This document shows positions 8,254 to 17,625 of a stretch of 64,000 nt of DNA, piece after piece (the stretch's first letter is position 1; the number at the start of each line of letters is the position of its first letter). A program made the translations under genes and the position numbers. The notes under the pieces are model-generated. The model was not told the origin of the DNA, searched no databases, and was given only the letters and a program-made list of their open reading frames with translations. This DNA is from Oceanispirochaeta sp. GTDB taxonomy: Bacteria > Spirochaetota > Spirochaetia > DSM-2461. Location: assembly GCA_963663385.2 (NCBI GenBank), contig CAXXXD010000004.1, positions 192,001-256,000 of the forward strand, in the 5' to 3' direction.

Positions 8254-10716
8254 GTGGGGCATATGGAAGGACATATAAGATATCGTTGGAAACAGTTCTA
8301 TGTTCTTTCCTTCTTCTTTATAATTCCGATGGCTGTTCTCTGTCTGTCCGGCTGCAGGCTTGGCTCTGATGATCCGAAGGTTGTCGAATCCCTTGTGGTC
8401 AGCTGGACCTCCTACGAAGAGGACGATGGCTCTATCATCCTCAGCTGGACTTCATCCGGGGGAAAAGACGGACACCGTTATATTCTGCAGCGTCTGACCG
8501 CCGAATCCGACTGGCTTCCCGAAGAGGATGTCCTTTATTCGGACGGGGACTCCTCCATCCCCGGACTGCTGTACGCCGGGACGGATATTACCTATACGGA
8601 TTCTACGGTTATTGCCGGGAAGAGTTATTACTACCGTCTGTTTGTGGTAGACGGCAAACTGAATTATGCCGATCCTGTCACCGTCACCATTTCGATTCCG
8701 GCAGCGGATACCAACGACGATACGGATACAGACTCTGAAACAGATACGGATGATACGGGTGGGATTTCTACCGTTGAAGCCCCGCGACTGCTGAGCATAA
8801 GCCAGAAGTCCTACTATACCAGCCTCAGCTGGGAGGGGTCCGGTACGGATACGGCCGGTTATATTATTGCCCGGTCGGAATCCGATATAACCTGGGTTCC
8901 GGTCAACGGCGCTTCCTACTCATCAGGAGACACTCTTACGGATGCCACTGTTGTGTATAACGGGACAGACAGTTCCTATAACGATACGGATGTTATTGAC
9001 GGGCACGAGTACCACTATAAAATTTTCGCGTACAACTCCGACAATCTCTATTCCTACGGTTTATCGGTACAGCTGCTGTTCGAAGATGAATCGGATCTGC
9101 TCTTTGACCGTTTTCCCTGGGTGGATAATTATATTATCTATTACGGCGCTCTGGACTCCCAGGCCATCAGCACTCTCAAGGAGTATGATATGGCCATTAT
9201 TCATCCCACGAATAATCACATTACCCGGGACCAGGTCCGGCAGGTACAGCGGGGGAAAAACTCCGCGGATCCTTCGGATGATGTTCTGGTAATTGCCTAT
9301 GTGGCTGTGGGAGAAGATCTGCGGACAGCGCCATTTTTCCAGGGAGCAGGGAATCCTCCCAATTATACTGCTATGCAGGCGGATGAGCGTTTTGTCCGGA
9401 ACGGTATCGGTCCCCGGGTCGATCCAAGAGGGCCGAAACCGAACGGGGATACCCTGGAGTACAACTACTCTATCGGCAGTATCAGTCCCGGGGGCAGCGG
9501 GTTTGCCAGTTACTACCTGGACGATAATGATGTGGTCAATAACTTCCTTGATGGGAGTCATGTGATAGATGGGAAGCCGGATTTTAATGACTCCTGGGGC
9601 TGTGCCTTTGTGAATGCGGGGGATCCCCTGTGGTTTCAGGAGGTGGATCAGATGCGCTATGCCTCAGACGGCGTATTCGGATTGCAGGAACTTTTGACTA
9701 CAACCGTCGGGGAAGGGCTCGGGGTGGACGGGATCTTTATGGATGCCATGGATACCTTCGAACCCAATAGCTGGACCAGTCTGGCCGAAAAAGAAGCCGG
9801 GACCTGTGTCGTTCAATGTGAATTCGAGTGGACGGCTCCCGGATTTGCCGATTTTATCCGACGGCTGAAAGAGAAATACCCCGACAAAATTGTGGTGCAG
9901 AACCGGGCAGTCTATCTGTTTCGCAGCGGGTTTACACAGAAGTATCTGTATTATACCTCCCGCCCCTATATTGATTTTCTGATGTTTGAGAGTTTTCGAT
10001 TGGATTCTGCACCCAATGATCTAGGATACGACAGTAACATTTATCCTGATAACCGCTACAATTATGCTCCAGCCATCCTGGCGGAGGCCGCACGGGATGA
10101 TGGTTTTCAGGTTCTCTCCCTAGGCTATGCGGAAGACAAAAACGGAAACTTGAAGAGTGATCTGGATGCAGGAATTTACAACTCTTCTCTGGAGGAAGAT
10201 ATTAAGGTAACCCAGAATATAGGATTTCGGCACTACTTGACTCTTAATGGAGCTGTGACGCATCTAAATACCTATGTGCTTGATTATGGAGACTGGTCGG
10301 ATACAGCGGCCCCTAAATGGAGTTCCGTGTACAATGCCCACTCCCCCGGCGAAGCGACACCCCGTTACGGCTTGTTAAAGGCTGAAGGCGTCGGCGGCGG
10401 GAAGATCAAAGTGTATTGGGATGTCGCCCTTGATAAGTATCCCGTGGACTATTATCTGTATTACGATACGGCCGAACTGGATTTTACAGGAAATCCTGAA
10501 TTAAACGGGATTCGCCATGTGAAGCTTTCCCCCCGGATTCCGGAGGAGTACCAGACTCATACCGGAGCTTTGGATAACAGTTTTTACCCTTTTTACGATG
10601 TGGTAGACGGTTTTACTCCCGGTACGACCTACTACCTCTGTATCCGGGCGGTGGATCGGTCGCCCAACCAGAATATGGACACAAATACGTCCACCCTTTT
10701 TCTTACCGTATTCTGA
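8254..10716 (+). CDS. Lipoprotein with FN3-like repeats and a GH114/GH166 (PelA/Ega3-like) endo-alpha-1,4-polygalactosaminidase-type TIM barrel
   Basis: Lipobox 'CLSGC'; two similar FN3-like segments ending 'YYYRLF' and 'YHYKIF'; 'IIYYG', 'VIAYVAVGE', 'DGIFMDAMD', 'IVVQNR', 'DFLMFES'; C-terminal FN3-like 'PGTTYYLCIRAVD'. Start codon uncertain. Confidence 0.65.
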   Translation: MGHMEGHIRYRWKQFYVLSFFFIIPMAVLCLSGCRLGSDDPKVVESLVVSWTSYEEDDGSIILSWTSSGGKDGHRYILQRLTAESDWLPEEDVLYSDGDSSIPGLLYAGTDITYTDSTVIAGKSYYYRLFVVDGKLNYADPVTVTISIPAADTNDDTDTDSETDTDDTGGISTVEAPRLLSISQKSYYTSLSWEGSGTDTAGYIIARSESDITWVPVNGASYSSGDTLTDATVVYNGTDSSYNDTDVIDGHEYHYKIFAYNSDNLYSYGLSVQLLFEDESDLLFDRFPWVDNYIIYYGALDSQAISTLKEYDMAIIHPTNNHITRDQVRQVQRGKNSADPSDDVLVIAYVAVGEDLRTAPFFQGAGNPPNYTAMQADERFVRNGIGPRVDPRGPKPNGDTLEYNYSIGSISPGGSGFASYYLDDNDVVNNFLDGSHVIDGKPDFNDSWGCAFVNAGDPLWFQEVDQMRYASDGVFGLQELLTTTVGEGLGVDGIFMDAMDTFEPNSWTSLAEKEAGTCVVQCEFEWTAPGFADFIRRLKEKYPDKIVVQNRAVYLFRSGFTQKYLYYTSRPYIDFLMFESFRLDSAPNDLGYDSNIYPDNRYNYAPAILAEAARDDGFQVLSLGYAEDKNGNLKSDLDAGIYNSSLEEDIKVTQNIGFRHYLTLNGAVTHLNTYVLDYGDWSDTAAPKWSSVYNAHSPGEATPRYGLLKAEGVGGGKIKVYWDVALDKYPVDYYLYYDTAELDFTGNPELNGIRHVKLSPRIPEEYQTHTGALDNSFYPFYDVVDGFTPGTTYYLCIRAVDRSPNQNMDTNTSTLFLTVF

Positions 10717-10864
10717 TCCATAACAGCTTGTTCTTCTGATTTAAACTTTCTTCCCAATGGAAGAGAGTTGTTGCTCTGGTATGCTGTGTTCATATTTAAT
10801 TCATTATAGAAAAGGACAATGCTGCTTCGAGCATTCTATCATTTAATTGTAATCAAAGCCGCAC

Positions 10865-10917
10865 TTGACATATCCCTAATACAGCTATTTAATAAAGCTA
10901 TTAAATAGCTGTATTAG
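10865..10917 (+). promoter_or_regulatory. Sigma70-type promoter overlapped by a perfect 19-bp inverted repeat (probable TetR operator)
   Basis: TTGACA (10865-70), 17 bp, TTTAAT; CTAATACAGCTATTTAATA-aagc-TATTAAATAGCTGTATTAG at 10876-10917. Confidence 0.85.
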
Positions 10918-10929
10918 AGGTGAGCCGAA

Positions 10930-11571
10930 ATGAGTCCAAAAGAAAATTTAAATAAAAAGGACATGGAGGAGATTATCCTCAAGGCCGCGGAAGAAACCTT
11001 TCTGGAAAAGGGATACGCCCTGGCCTCCACAACGGAAATCGCCAAAAGGGCAGGGTGCAATCAAACCCTGGTGCACTACTATTTCAGAACCAAGGAAAAG
11101 CTCTTCGAAGCCTGTTTCGAAAAGGTGGTCGCCCTTTTTTTCTCATCCTTTCAGTGGCGGAAAGAGCAGGATCAGCCCTTCCTGGAGAAATTCCGGAAGC
11201 TATCGGATGCCCATTTTGAAACTCTGCTTGCCAATCAGAAGATCCCCTTTCTGCTGCTGAATGAACTGACCACAAATCCCGGACGGATTCGGCAGGTTAA
11301 GCAGAAGTTCCGGGATAAGGCTCTGCTGCTCTACAATCAGGTTGTCGCCGATATCGAGTCGGCTGTCTGCCAGGGTGAGATCAGAAAAATAGAGCCCTTT
11401 GAACTGCTTTTCTCCATGGCGTCTCTGAATGTCTCCGTTTTTCTGTTGAGACCTGTACTGCAGGAAGTGGTAAATATGGGAGAGGAGGACTTCCAGGCCT
11501 TTGCCCGGAAAAGGAAAAAAGAGAATATGGATATTATTCTGCACCGTCTTACTGTAGTGAAGGAGGGATGA
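10930..11571 (+). CDS. TetR/AcrR family transcriptional regulator
   Basis: 'ILKAAEETFLEKGY..ASTTEIAKRAGCNQTLVHYYFRTKEKLF' HTH. Confidence 0.95.
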   Translation: MSPKENLNKKDMEEIILKAAEETFLEKGYALASTTEIAKRAGCNQTLVHYYFRTKEKLFEACFEKVVALFFSSFQWRKEQDQPFLEKFRKLSDAHFETLLANQKIPFLLLNELTTNPGRIRQVKQKFRDKALLLYNQVVADIESAVCQGEIRKIEPFELLFSMASLNVSVFLLRPVLQEVVNMGEEDFQAFARKRKKENMDIILHRLTVVKEG

Positions 11572-12824
11572 AAATGAAAAAGGCCCTGCCTGTGCTGTTC
11601 CTGCTGTTCTGTACTTCTCTGTCCGCCCAGATAACCCTGGATCAGTGCCAGGATAAAGCTCTCGAAAACTACCCCTCTCTCAGACAGTCCGGATTAATTG
11701 AAGAAGCGAAAGGATACTCCCTGAGCGCAGCCAATACAAACTACCTGCCTCATATAAAATTCTCCGGAAAAGCCAGTTACCAGTCTGAAGTTACCGAATT
11801 ATCCATCCCCGGGATGCCTGTGGACCCCCTGTCAAAGGATCAGTACCAGATTAAGGTCGAAGTATCCCAGTCCCTCTGGGACGGAGGAATAACGGCCTCC
11901 CGGAAGAAGATTATTGAGGCTTCTTCCAGGCTGGAACGGGAAGTGCTTGATATCGAGCTGTACTCTCTGAAAGAGCAGGTGAATCAGATCTTCTTCGGGA
12001 TTCTGCTGCTGGAAGAGAGGCTGAATCAGAATGCCCTGCTGCAGGAAGAGCTGGAAACAAACTTTAAAAGGGTCTTATCCCTTCAGAATTATGGAATGGC
12101 GACAGAATCCGATCTGAATATCATCAGGGTGGAGAAGCTGAATGCGATTCAGTCTGAGACCGATCTGAGGCAGGGGATTCTGTCCTACAGAATGATGTTA
12201 TCCCGGATGACGGGAGAGCCCCTGGCAGAATCCGCTGTTTTCATAAGGCCTTCAGGAGAGGGCCTCTCCCCGGGCAGTGAGGCTGTCAACCGACCGGAAG
12301 TCTCTATGTACAATGCCCGGATCGATCTGCTGGAAGCTCAAAAGGATCTTGTTTTCTCACAGAAGATGCCCCAGCTTAGCGCCTTTGTTCAGGGCGGTTA
12401 CGGCAGGCCGGGACTGAATATGATGGATGACAGTTTCAGATCCTTCTATATTGCGGGGGTGCAGTTTTACTGGTCTCTGGACGGATTCTATACAAGCCGC
12501 AGCGATCTGGCATCCATCGAGGTGGATAAACAGCTTGTTCAGACAGAGATCGACCGATTTCTATATAACACGGGACTGCAGGCGGTTTCCCGGCAGTCGG
12601 AGATAGAACGTCTGAAACTGCTGATATGGAAGGATGATGAAATCATTGCCCTGCGCAGCGGGATAAAGAAAGATGCGCAGATCAAACTGGAAAACGGCAC
12701 CATCACGATCAATGACCTGATAAGAGAGATTACTGCAGAGAATCTGGCCAGACAGACAAAGTCCCTCCATGAGATTCAGCTTCTGCAGTCTCTCTACGCC
12801 CTCAACTTTACAACGAACAATTAA
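11568..12824 (+). CDS. TolC family outer-membrane efflux protein
   Basis: Signal peptide, 'ITLDQCQDKALENYP', 'NRPE', duplicated OEP helical pattern; efflux operon context. Confidence 0.9.
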   Translation: MKMKKALPVLFLLFCTSLSAQITLDQCQDKALENYPSLRQSGLIEEAKGYSLSAANTNYLPHIKFSGKASYQSEVTELSIPGMPVDPLSKDQYQIKVEVSQSLWDGGITASRKKIIEASSRLEREVLDIELYSLKEQVNQIFFGILLLEERLNQNALLQEELETNFKRVLSLQNYGMATESDLNIIRVEKLNAIQSETDLRQGILSYRMMLSRMTGEPLAESAVFIRPSGEGLSPGSEAVNRPEVSMYNARIDLLEAQKDLVFSQKMPQLSAFVQGGYGRPGLNMMDDSFRSFYIAGVQFYWSLDGFYTSRSDLASIEVDKQLVQTEIDRFLYNTGLQAVSRQSEIERLKLLIWKDDEIIALRSGIKKDAQIKLENGTITINDLIREITAENLARQTKSLHEIQLLQSLYALNFTTNN

Positions 12825-12834
12825 GGATGCGGAT

Positions 12835-13749
12835 ATGAAAAAAATACCACTGATTTTAACGACTGTTTCAGCCATGCTGCTATCTTCCTGTGCTGATACC
12901 GAAGGGCGTATTGATGCTTCCGGATCATTTGAAGCCGTTGAGATTACTGTTTCCGCCGAAGCTTCAGGCAAGATAGATTCCTTTGATATTTTCGAAGGGG
13001 ATTCTGTCGAAGACGGTCAGGTTCTGGGACAGATAGAAACAACGCTTTTAGCCCTTAAAAAAGAGCAGCTTCTCTCCAGCAGGGAGGGGATGAAAAGCCG
13101 GCTTGTGGACGTTCCTGTACAAACCGCTGCACTGCGCCAGCAGCTGGACACCCTTGAATCGGAAAAGGTACGGATTGAGAATCTGCTCAGGTCCGATGCG
13201 GTCAATACCAAGCAGCTGGATGATATCAATGCACAGCTGGCCATGACGGAAAAGCAGCTCCAGGCTCAGACGGTCTCTCTGAACAACGGGAACAGTGCTC
13301 TCCGGAATGAGATGGCAGCCCTGGACAGTCAGATCGCCCAACTGGATGAACAGATCGGGAATGCCGCTATTACCAGTCCTCTGAACGGTACGGTACTGGT
13401 CAAGTATGCGGAAAAAGGGGAATTCACAACAAACGGAAAGGCCCTGATTAAAATTGCGGATCTGGATCAGATGTTTTTAAGAGCCTATATCACTGCCGGA
13501 CAGCTCAGCCGGATCAGACTGGGGCAGACGGTAAAAGTCCTGTCCGATTTCGGTGAAAAAGGTTTCCGGGAGTATACAGGCCGTGTCACATGGATTTCCG
13601 ATAAGGCGGAGTTTACACCCAAAACTGTTCAGACCCGGGATGAAAGAGCCAACCTCAGCTACGCGGTAAAAGTCTCTGTTCCCAATGACGGGTTTATCAA
13701 GATAGGAATGTACGGCGGGATTATCCTGAACGACGGGATGCCGGAGTAA
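12835..13749 (+). CDS. HlyD family membrane-fusion protein (lipoprotein)
   Basis: Start ATG 12835; 'ASGSFEAVEITVSAEASGKI', coiled coil, 'ITSPLNGTV', 'ISDKAEFTPKTVQTRDER'. Confidence 0.9.
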   Translation: MKKIPLILTTVSAMLLSSCADTEGRIDASGSFEAVEITVSAEASGKIDSFDIFEGDSVEDGQVLGQIETTLLALKKEQLLSSREGMKSRLVDVPVQTAALRQQLDTLESEKVRIENLLRSDAVNTKQLDDINAQLAMTEKQLQAQTVSLNNGNSALRNEMAALDSQIAQLDEQIGNAAITSPLNGTVLVKYAEKGEFTTNGKALIKIADLDQMFLRAYITAGQLSRIRLGQTVKVLSDFGEKGFREYTGRVTWISDKAEFTPKTVQTRDERANLSYAVKVSVPNDGFIKIGMYGGIILNDGMPE

Positions 13750-13759
13750 GAGCGATCAG

Positions 13760-14671
13760 ATGATACACGCACGGGATATATCAAAACAGTATGGTTCCCT
13801 TAAGGCTCTGGACAGCCTCAGCTTCAGCGTGAAAGAGGGGGAAATCTTCGGAATTATCGGGCCCGACGGCGCCGGCAAAACAACCCTGTTCCGGATTCTG
13901 ACTACCCTGCTTCTGGCGGACAGGGGGGAGATCACCCTGAATGGTCTGGATGTTGTGAAGGATTTCCGCTCCATACGGAAGATTATCGGGTATATGCCCG
14001 GGAAATTCTCCCTGTATCAGGATCTGACCGTAGAGGAGAATCTGGATTTTTTTGCTACCGTATTTAATACCACCATTGAAGAGAACTATCACCTGATCAG
14101 GGATATCTATGTACAGATTGAACCTTTTAAAACACGGAAGGCAGGGGCCCTTTCGGGAGGTATGAAGCAGAAACTGGCCCTCTGCTGCGCCCTGATTCAC
14201 TACCCGAGAATACTGTTTCTGGATGAGCCGACGACCGGCGTGGATCCCGTCTCCCGGGCCGAGTTCTGGGATATGCTGCTTTCTCTCAGGAAAAGGGGGC
14301 TGACCATAGCGGTTTCCACTCCCTATATGGATGAGGCCGGAAGGTGTGACAGGATCGCCCTGATTCAAAAGGGCAGCTTCCTCCGAATCGATACCCCCGA
14401 AAATATTACAAACCGGTTTCATCTGACTCTGATGGCTGTAAAAAGTGATGCCATGTATCCTCTGCTGAAAGATTTGAGGTCTATTGAAGAAGTGGAGAGC
14501 TGCTTTTCCTTTGGAGACTCCCATCATATAAGTTTTGAACCCGGCACTCTTAAACAGGAATCCATAGAAAGGCTTCTCAGGGATAAGGGCCACACCGGGA
14601 TAGAGGTTCTCCCGATCAGTGCGGGTATCGAGGACTGCTTTATGAATCTTGCCGGAGAGGAAACCCTATGA
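13760..14671 (+). CDS. ABC transporter ATP-binding protein (YbhF-like half)
   Basis: GPDGAGKT, LSGGMKQK, LFLDEPTTGVDP. Confidence 0.95.
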   Translation: MIHARDISKQYGSLKALDSLSFSVKEGEIFGIIGPDGAGKTTLFRILTTLLLADRGEITLNGLDVVKDFRSIRKIIGYMPGKFSLYQDLTVEENLDFFATVFNTTIEENYHLIRDIYVQIEPFKTRKAGALSGGMKQKLALCCALIHYPRILFLDEPTTGVDPVSRAEFWDMLLSLRKRGLTIAVSTPYMDEAGRCDRIALIQKGSFLRIDTPENITNRFHLTLMAVKSDAMYPLLKDLRSIEEVESCFSFGDSHHISFEPGTLKQESIERLLRDKGHTGIEVLPISAGIEDCFMNLAGEETL

Positions 14672-15405
14672 GCGTCATTACAGCGGAAAACCTGACCAAA
14701 AAGTTCGGAAATTTCACAGCCGTGGATAATATCACCTTTTCTGTGGACAGGGGGGAGATCTTTGGTTTTCTGGGGGCCAATGGAGCGGGGAAAACAACGG
14801 CCATGCGCATGCTCTGCGGTCTGAGTATTCCCTCCGGGGGAACGGGGAGTGTCGCCGGATTTGATATTTACTCTCAAACGGAAGAGATTAAAAGGAATAT
14901 CGGTTACATGAGCCAGAAGTTCTCATTATACGAGGACCTTACGGTCAGAGAAAATATCCGCCTGTTTGCGGGAATCTATGGTATCAGCAGCAAAGAGATT
15001 CCTCTCCGGACGGACCGGATGCTGCGGAAACTGGGGTTTCTGGAAGAGAAGAACACCCTTGTTAAGAGGCTTCCTCTGGGGTGGAAGCAGAAACTGGCAT
15101 TTTCGGTAGCTATCTTCCATCAGCCCAAGCTGGTTTTTCTGGATGAACCGACCGGAGGGGTCGACCCGGCTGCCCGGAGGCAGTTCTGGGAGTTGATTTA
15201 TGATGCGGCCGAGAGCGGTATTACCGTTTTTGTAACGACTCACTATATGGATGAAGCGGAGTATTGTAACAGGGTTTCCATAATGGTGGACGGTAGAATT
15301 GAAGCTCTGGACAGCCCCCGGAAACTGAAGGAACAGTTCCGCAGTGCTTCCATGGACGGGGTGTTTCAGATCCTGGCCAGAGGCGCCGTAAGGCAGGGGG
15401 ATTAG
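14668..15405 (+). CDS. ABC transporter ATP-binding protein (YbhF-like half)
   Basis: GANGAGKT, LPLGWKQK, FLDEPTGGVDP, THYMDEAE. Confidence 0.95.
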   Translation: MSVITAENLTKKFGNFTAVDNITFSVDRGEIFGFLGANGAGKTTAMRMLCGLSIPSGGTGSVAGFDIYSQTEEIKRNIGYMSQKFSLYEDLTVRENIRLFAGIYGISSKEIPLRTDRMLRKLGFLEEKNTLVKRLPLGWKQKLAFSVAIFHQPKLVFLDEPTGGVDPAARRQFWELIYDAAESGITVFVTTHYMDEAEYCNRVSIMVDGRIEALDSPRKLKEQFRSASMDGVFQILARGAVRQGD

Positions 15406-15407
15406 GA

Positions 15408-16514
15408 ATGAAACAATTTTCGGCTTTTATAAGAAAGGAATTTCACCATATCTTCCGGGATACCTGGACTATGGTTATTCTCCTGCTTTTGCCTATTCTG
15501 ATGCTGATCCTTTTTGGCTATGCCCTTTCCACAGAGGTCAGGAATGTCCACATGGCTGTTTATGACCCTTCCAAAGATGTTTTGACAGAAGAGATCATCC
15601 GCAAGCTGGAATCCAGTGAGTATTTCACCATCAGCCGGATGATGAGCTCCCCTTTTCAGATGGAAGATCCCTTTCTGTCGGGAGAGGCGGGGATGGTAAC
15701 AGTCTTCAGTGAGAAATTTTATGAAAACTGTATGAAAACCGGGGAGGCTGAAGTTCAGCTGCTCACAGACGGAACGGATCCCAATACGGCTGTAACAGTT
15801 ACAAACTATGCTTCCAGTATTATCCGGTCCGTGACAGGGAGTTTCCTTCCGCCGGATCCGGGCCGGGTAAGAATCAATATTATTAACAGGTTGATCTATA
15901 ATCCGGAAATGAAAAGCGCCTATAATTTTGTTCCCGGAGTGATGGGTATGGTTATTATGCTGATCTGTGCCATGATGACATCCATCTCCATTGCCCGGGA
16001 GAAGGAAACCGGTACGATGGAGATTCTGCTGGCGTCTCCCATGAAGCCGCTGCTGATTATCCTTTCAAAGGCAGTCCCCTATTTCTTCCTTTCCTGTGTC
16101 AATCTGCTGACCATTCTCCTTTTTTCTGTTTTTCTGCTGAAAGTTCCCATTGCGGGAAGCATTCCGGCCCTGCTGACGGTATCCCTGGTTTATATCTTCG
16201 TATCCCTTTCCATCGGGCTGTTGATATCCTCCGTTACTTCATCCCAGCTGGTGGCACTGCTGCTCTCGGGGATGGCATTGATGATGCCGGCCATTTACTT
16301 TTCGGGGATGCTCTTTCCCATTGAGAATATGCCCCGGGGGCTTCAGTATCTTTCACAGATAATACCCGCCAGATGGTACATTGCCGCAGCCAGGAATATC
16401 ATGATCAAGGGGCTCGGGTTTTCATCCATTCTGAAAGAGCTGGCAATCCTCTCGGCTATGGCTCTTGTTCTGATTGCCATCAGTCTAAAAAAGTTCAAAC
16501 TGAGGCTGGAGTAG
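15408..16514 (+). CDS. ABC-2 type permease (YbhS-like)
   Basis: 'KEFHHIFRD', 'AREKETGTMEILL', multiple TM helices. Confidence 0.9.
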   Translation: MKQFSAFIRKEFHHIFRDTWTMVILLLLPILMLILFGYALSTEVRNVHMAVYDPSKDVLTEEIIRKLESSEYFTISRMMSSPFQMEDPFLSGEAGMVTVFSEKFYENCMKTGEAEVQLLTDGTDPNTAVTVTNYASSIIRSVTGSFLPPDPGRVRINIINRLIYNPEMKSAYNFVPGVMGMVIMLICAMMTSISIAREKETGTMEILLASPMKPLLIILSKAVPYFFLSCVNLLTILLFSVFLLKVPIAGSIPALLTVSLVYIFVSLSIGLLISSVTSSQLVALLLSGMALMMPAIYFSGMLFPIENMPRGLQYLSQIIPARWYIAAARNIMIKGLGFSSILKELAILSAMALVLIAISLKKFKLRLE

Positions 16515-16517
16515 CAT

Positions 16518-17618
16518 ATGCTGAAATACCTTATAGAGAAAGAGTTTAAACAGATCCGGCGGAATCCTTTTCTGCCGCGGCTTGTTGTTATGTTTCCCCT
16601 TGTAGTTATGATTCTGATCCCTATGGTTGCCAGTTATGAAGTGAAGAATATTAATCTGGCGGTTATTGACAATGACCGGAGCACCCTGTCCGTCAGGCTG
16701 ATTCACAAAATCACATCTTCCGGTTATTTTATCCTTGCGGATTTCTCCGACAGCTATGAGGACTCTCTGCTCTCTCTTGAGCAGGATAGATCGGATATTA
16801 TTCTGGAAATCCCCCCGGATTTTGAATTGAACCTCAGCAGGGAGAAGACGGGAGATCTTTCTGTTTCAGCCAATGCGGTCAATGCTGTAAAGGGCGGTCT
16901 GGGTTCGGCCTATCTTGCCGCGATCATTCAGGATTTTTTTGCCGACCTTAACCCTCAATCCTCCGGGAACCGGCCGGGGAGTGTGGAGATTATCCCTCAG
17001 TACAGGTATAACCCCTACCTGAGGTACCCGGTTTTCATAGTCCCTGCCCTGATGGTTATGCTCCTGATAATGATCTGCGGTTTTCTACCGGCTTTGAATA
17101 TAGTCGGTGAGAGGGAAAAGGGGACCCTTGAACAGATCAATGTAACGCCTGTAAAGCGTTTCGATCTGATCCTCTCCAAACTGATCCCCTACTGGATCAT
17201 CGGTTTTATTGTGCTGACCATAGGCTTTATAGTGGCCCGCCTTGTTTACTCCCTTGTGCCGGAGGGTTCTCTTTTCACCATATACCTGTTTGCATTTGTC
17301 TTTATTCTGGGTATTTCAGGATTCGGGCTGATTATTTCCAATTATGGAAAAACTTTGCAACAGGCTATGTTTATGATGTTCTTCTTTATAATTACGTTCA
17401 TATTTCTGAGCGGCCTGTATACGCCGGTCAGCAGCATGGCCTCATGGGCGCGTTTCATGAGCCACTTTGTGCCTCTCCGCTATCTGATGGAGGTTTTCCG
17501 CCAGGTTTACCTGAAGGGCAGCCGGTTTCAGGATCTGTATCCCCAGCTGGCTGCCCTGGCCGGCTTCGCCGTGTTCTTTAACAGCTGGGCTGTATTGAGC
17601 TACCGGAAAACCAGTTAG
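16518..17618 (+). CDS. ABC-2 type permease (YbhR-like)
   Basis: 'KEFKQIRRN', 'EREKGTLEQINVTP', multiple TM helices. Confidence 0.9.
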   Translation: MLKYLIEKEFKQIRRNPFLPRLVVMFPLVVMILIPMVASYEVKNINLAVIDNDRSTLSVRLIHKITSSGYFILADFSDSYEDSLLSLEQDRSDIILEIPPDFELNLSREKTGDLSVSANAVNAVKGGLGSAYLAAIIQDFFADLNPQSSGNRPGSVEIIPQYRYNPYLRYPVFIVPALMVMLLIMICGFLPALNIVGEREKGTLEQINVTPVKRFDLILSKLIPYWIIGFIVLTIGFIVARLVYSLVPEGSLFTIYLFAFVFILGISGFGLIISNYGKTLQQAMFMMFFFIITFIFLSGLYTPVSSMASWARFMSHFVPLRYLMEVFRQVYLKGSRFQDLYPQLAALAGFAVFFNSWAVLSYRKTS

Positions 17619-17625
17619 CCCTTCT

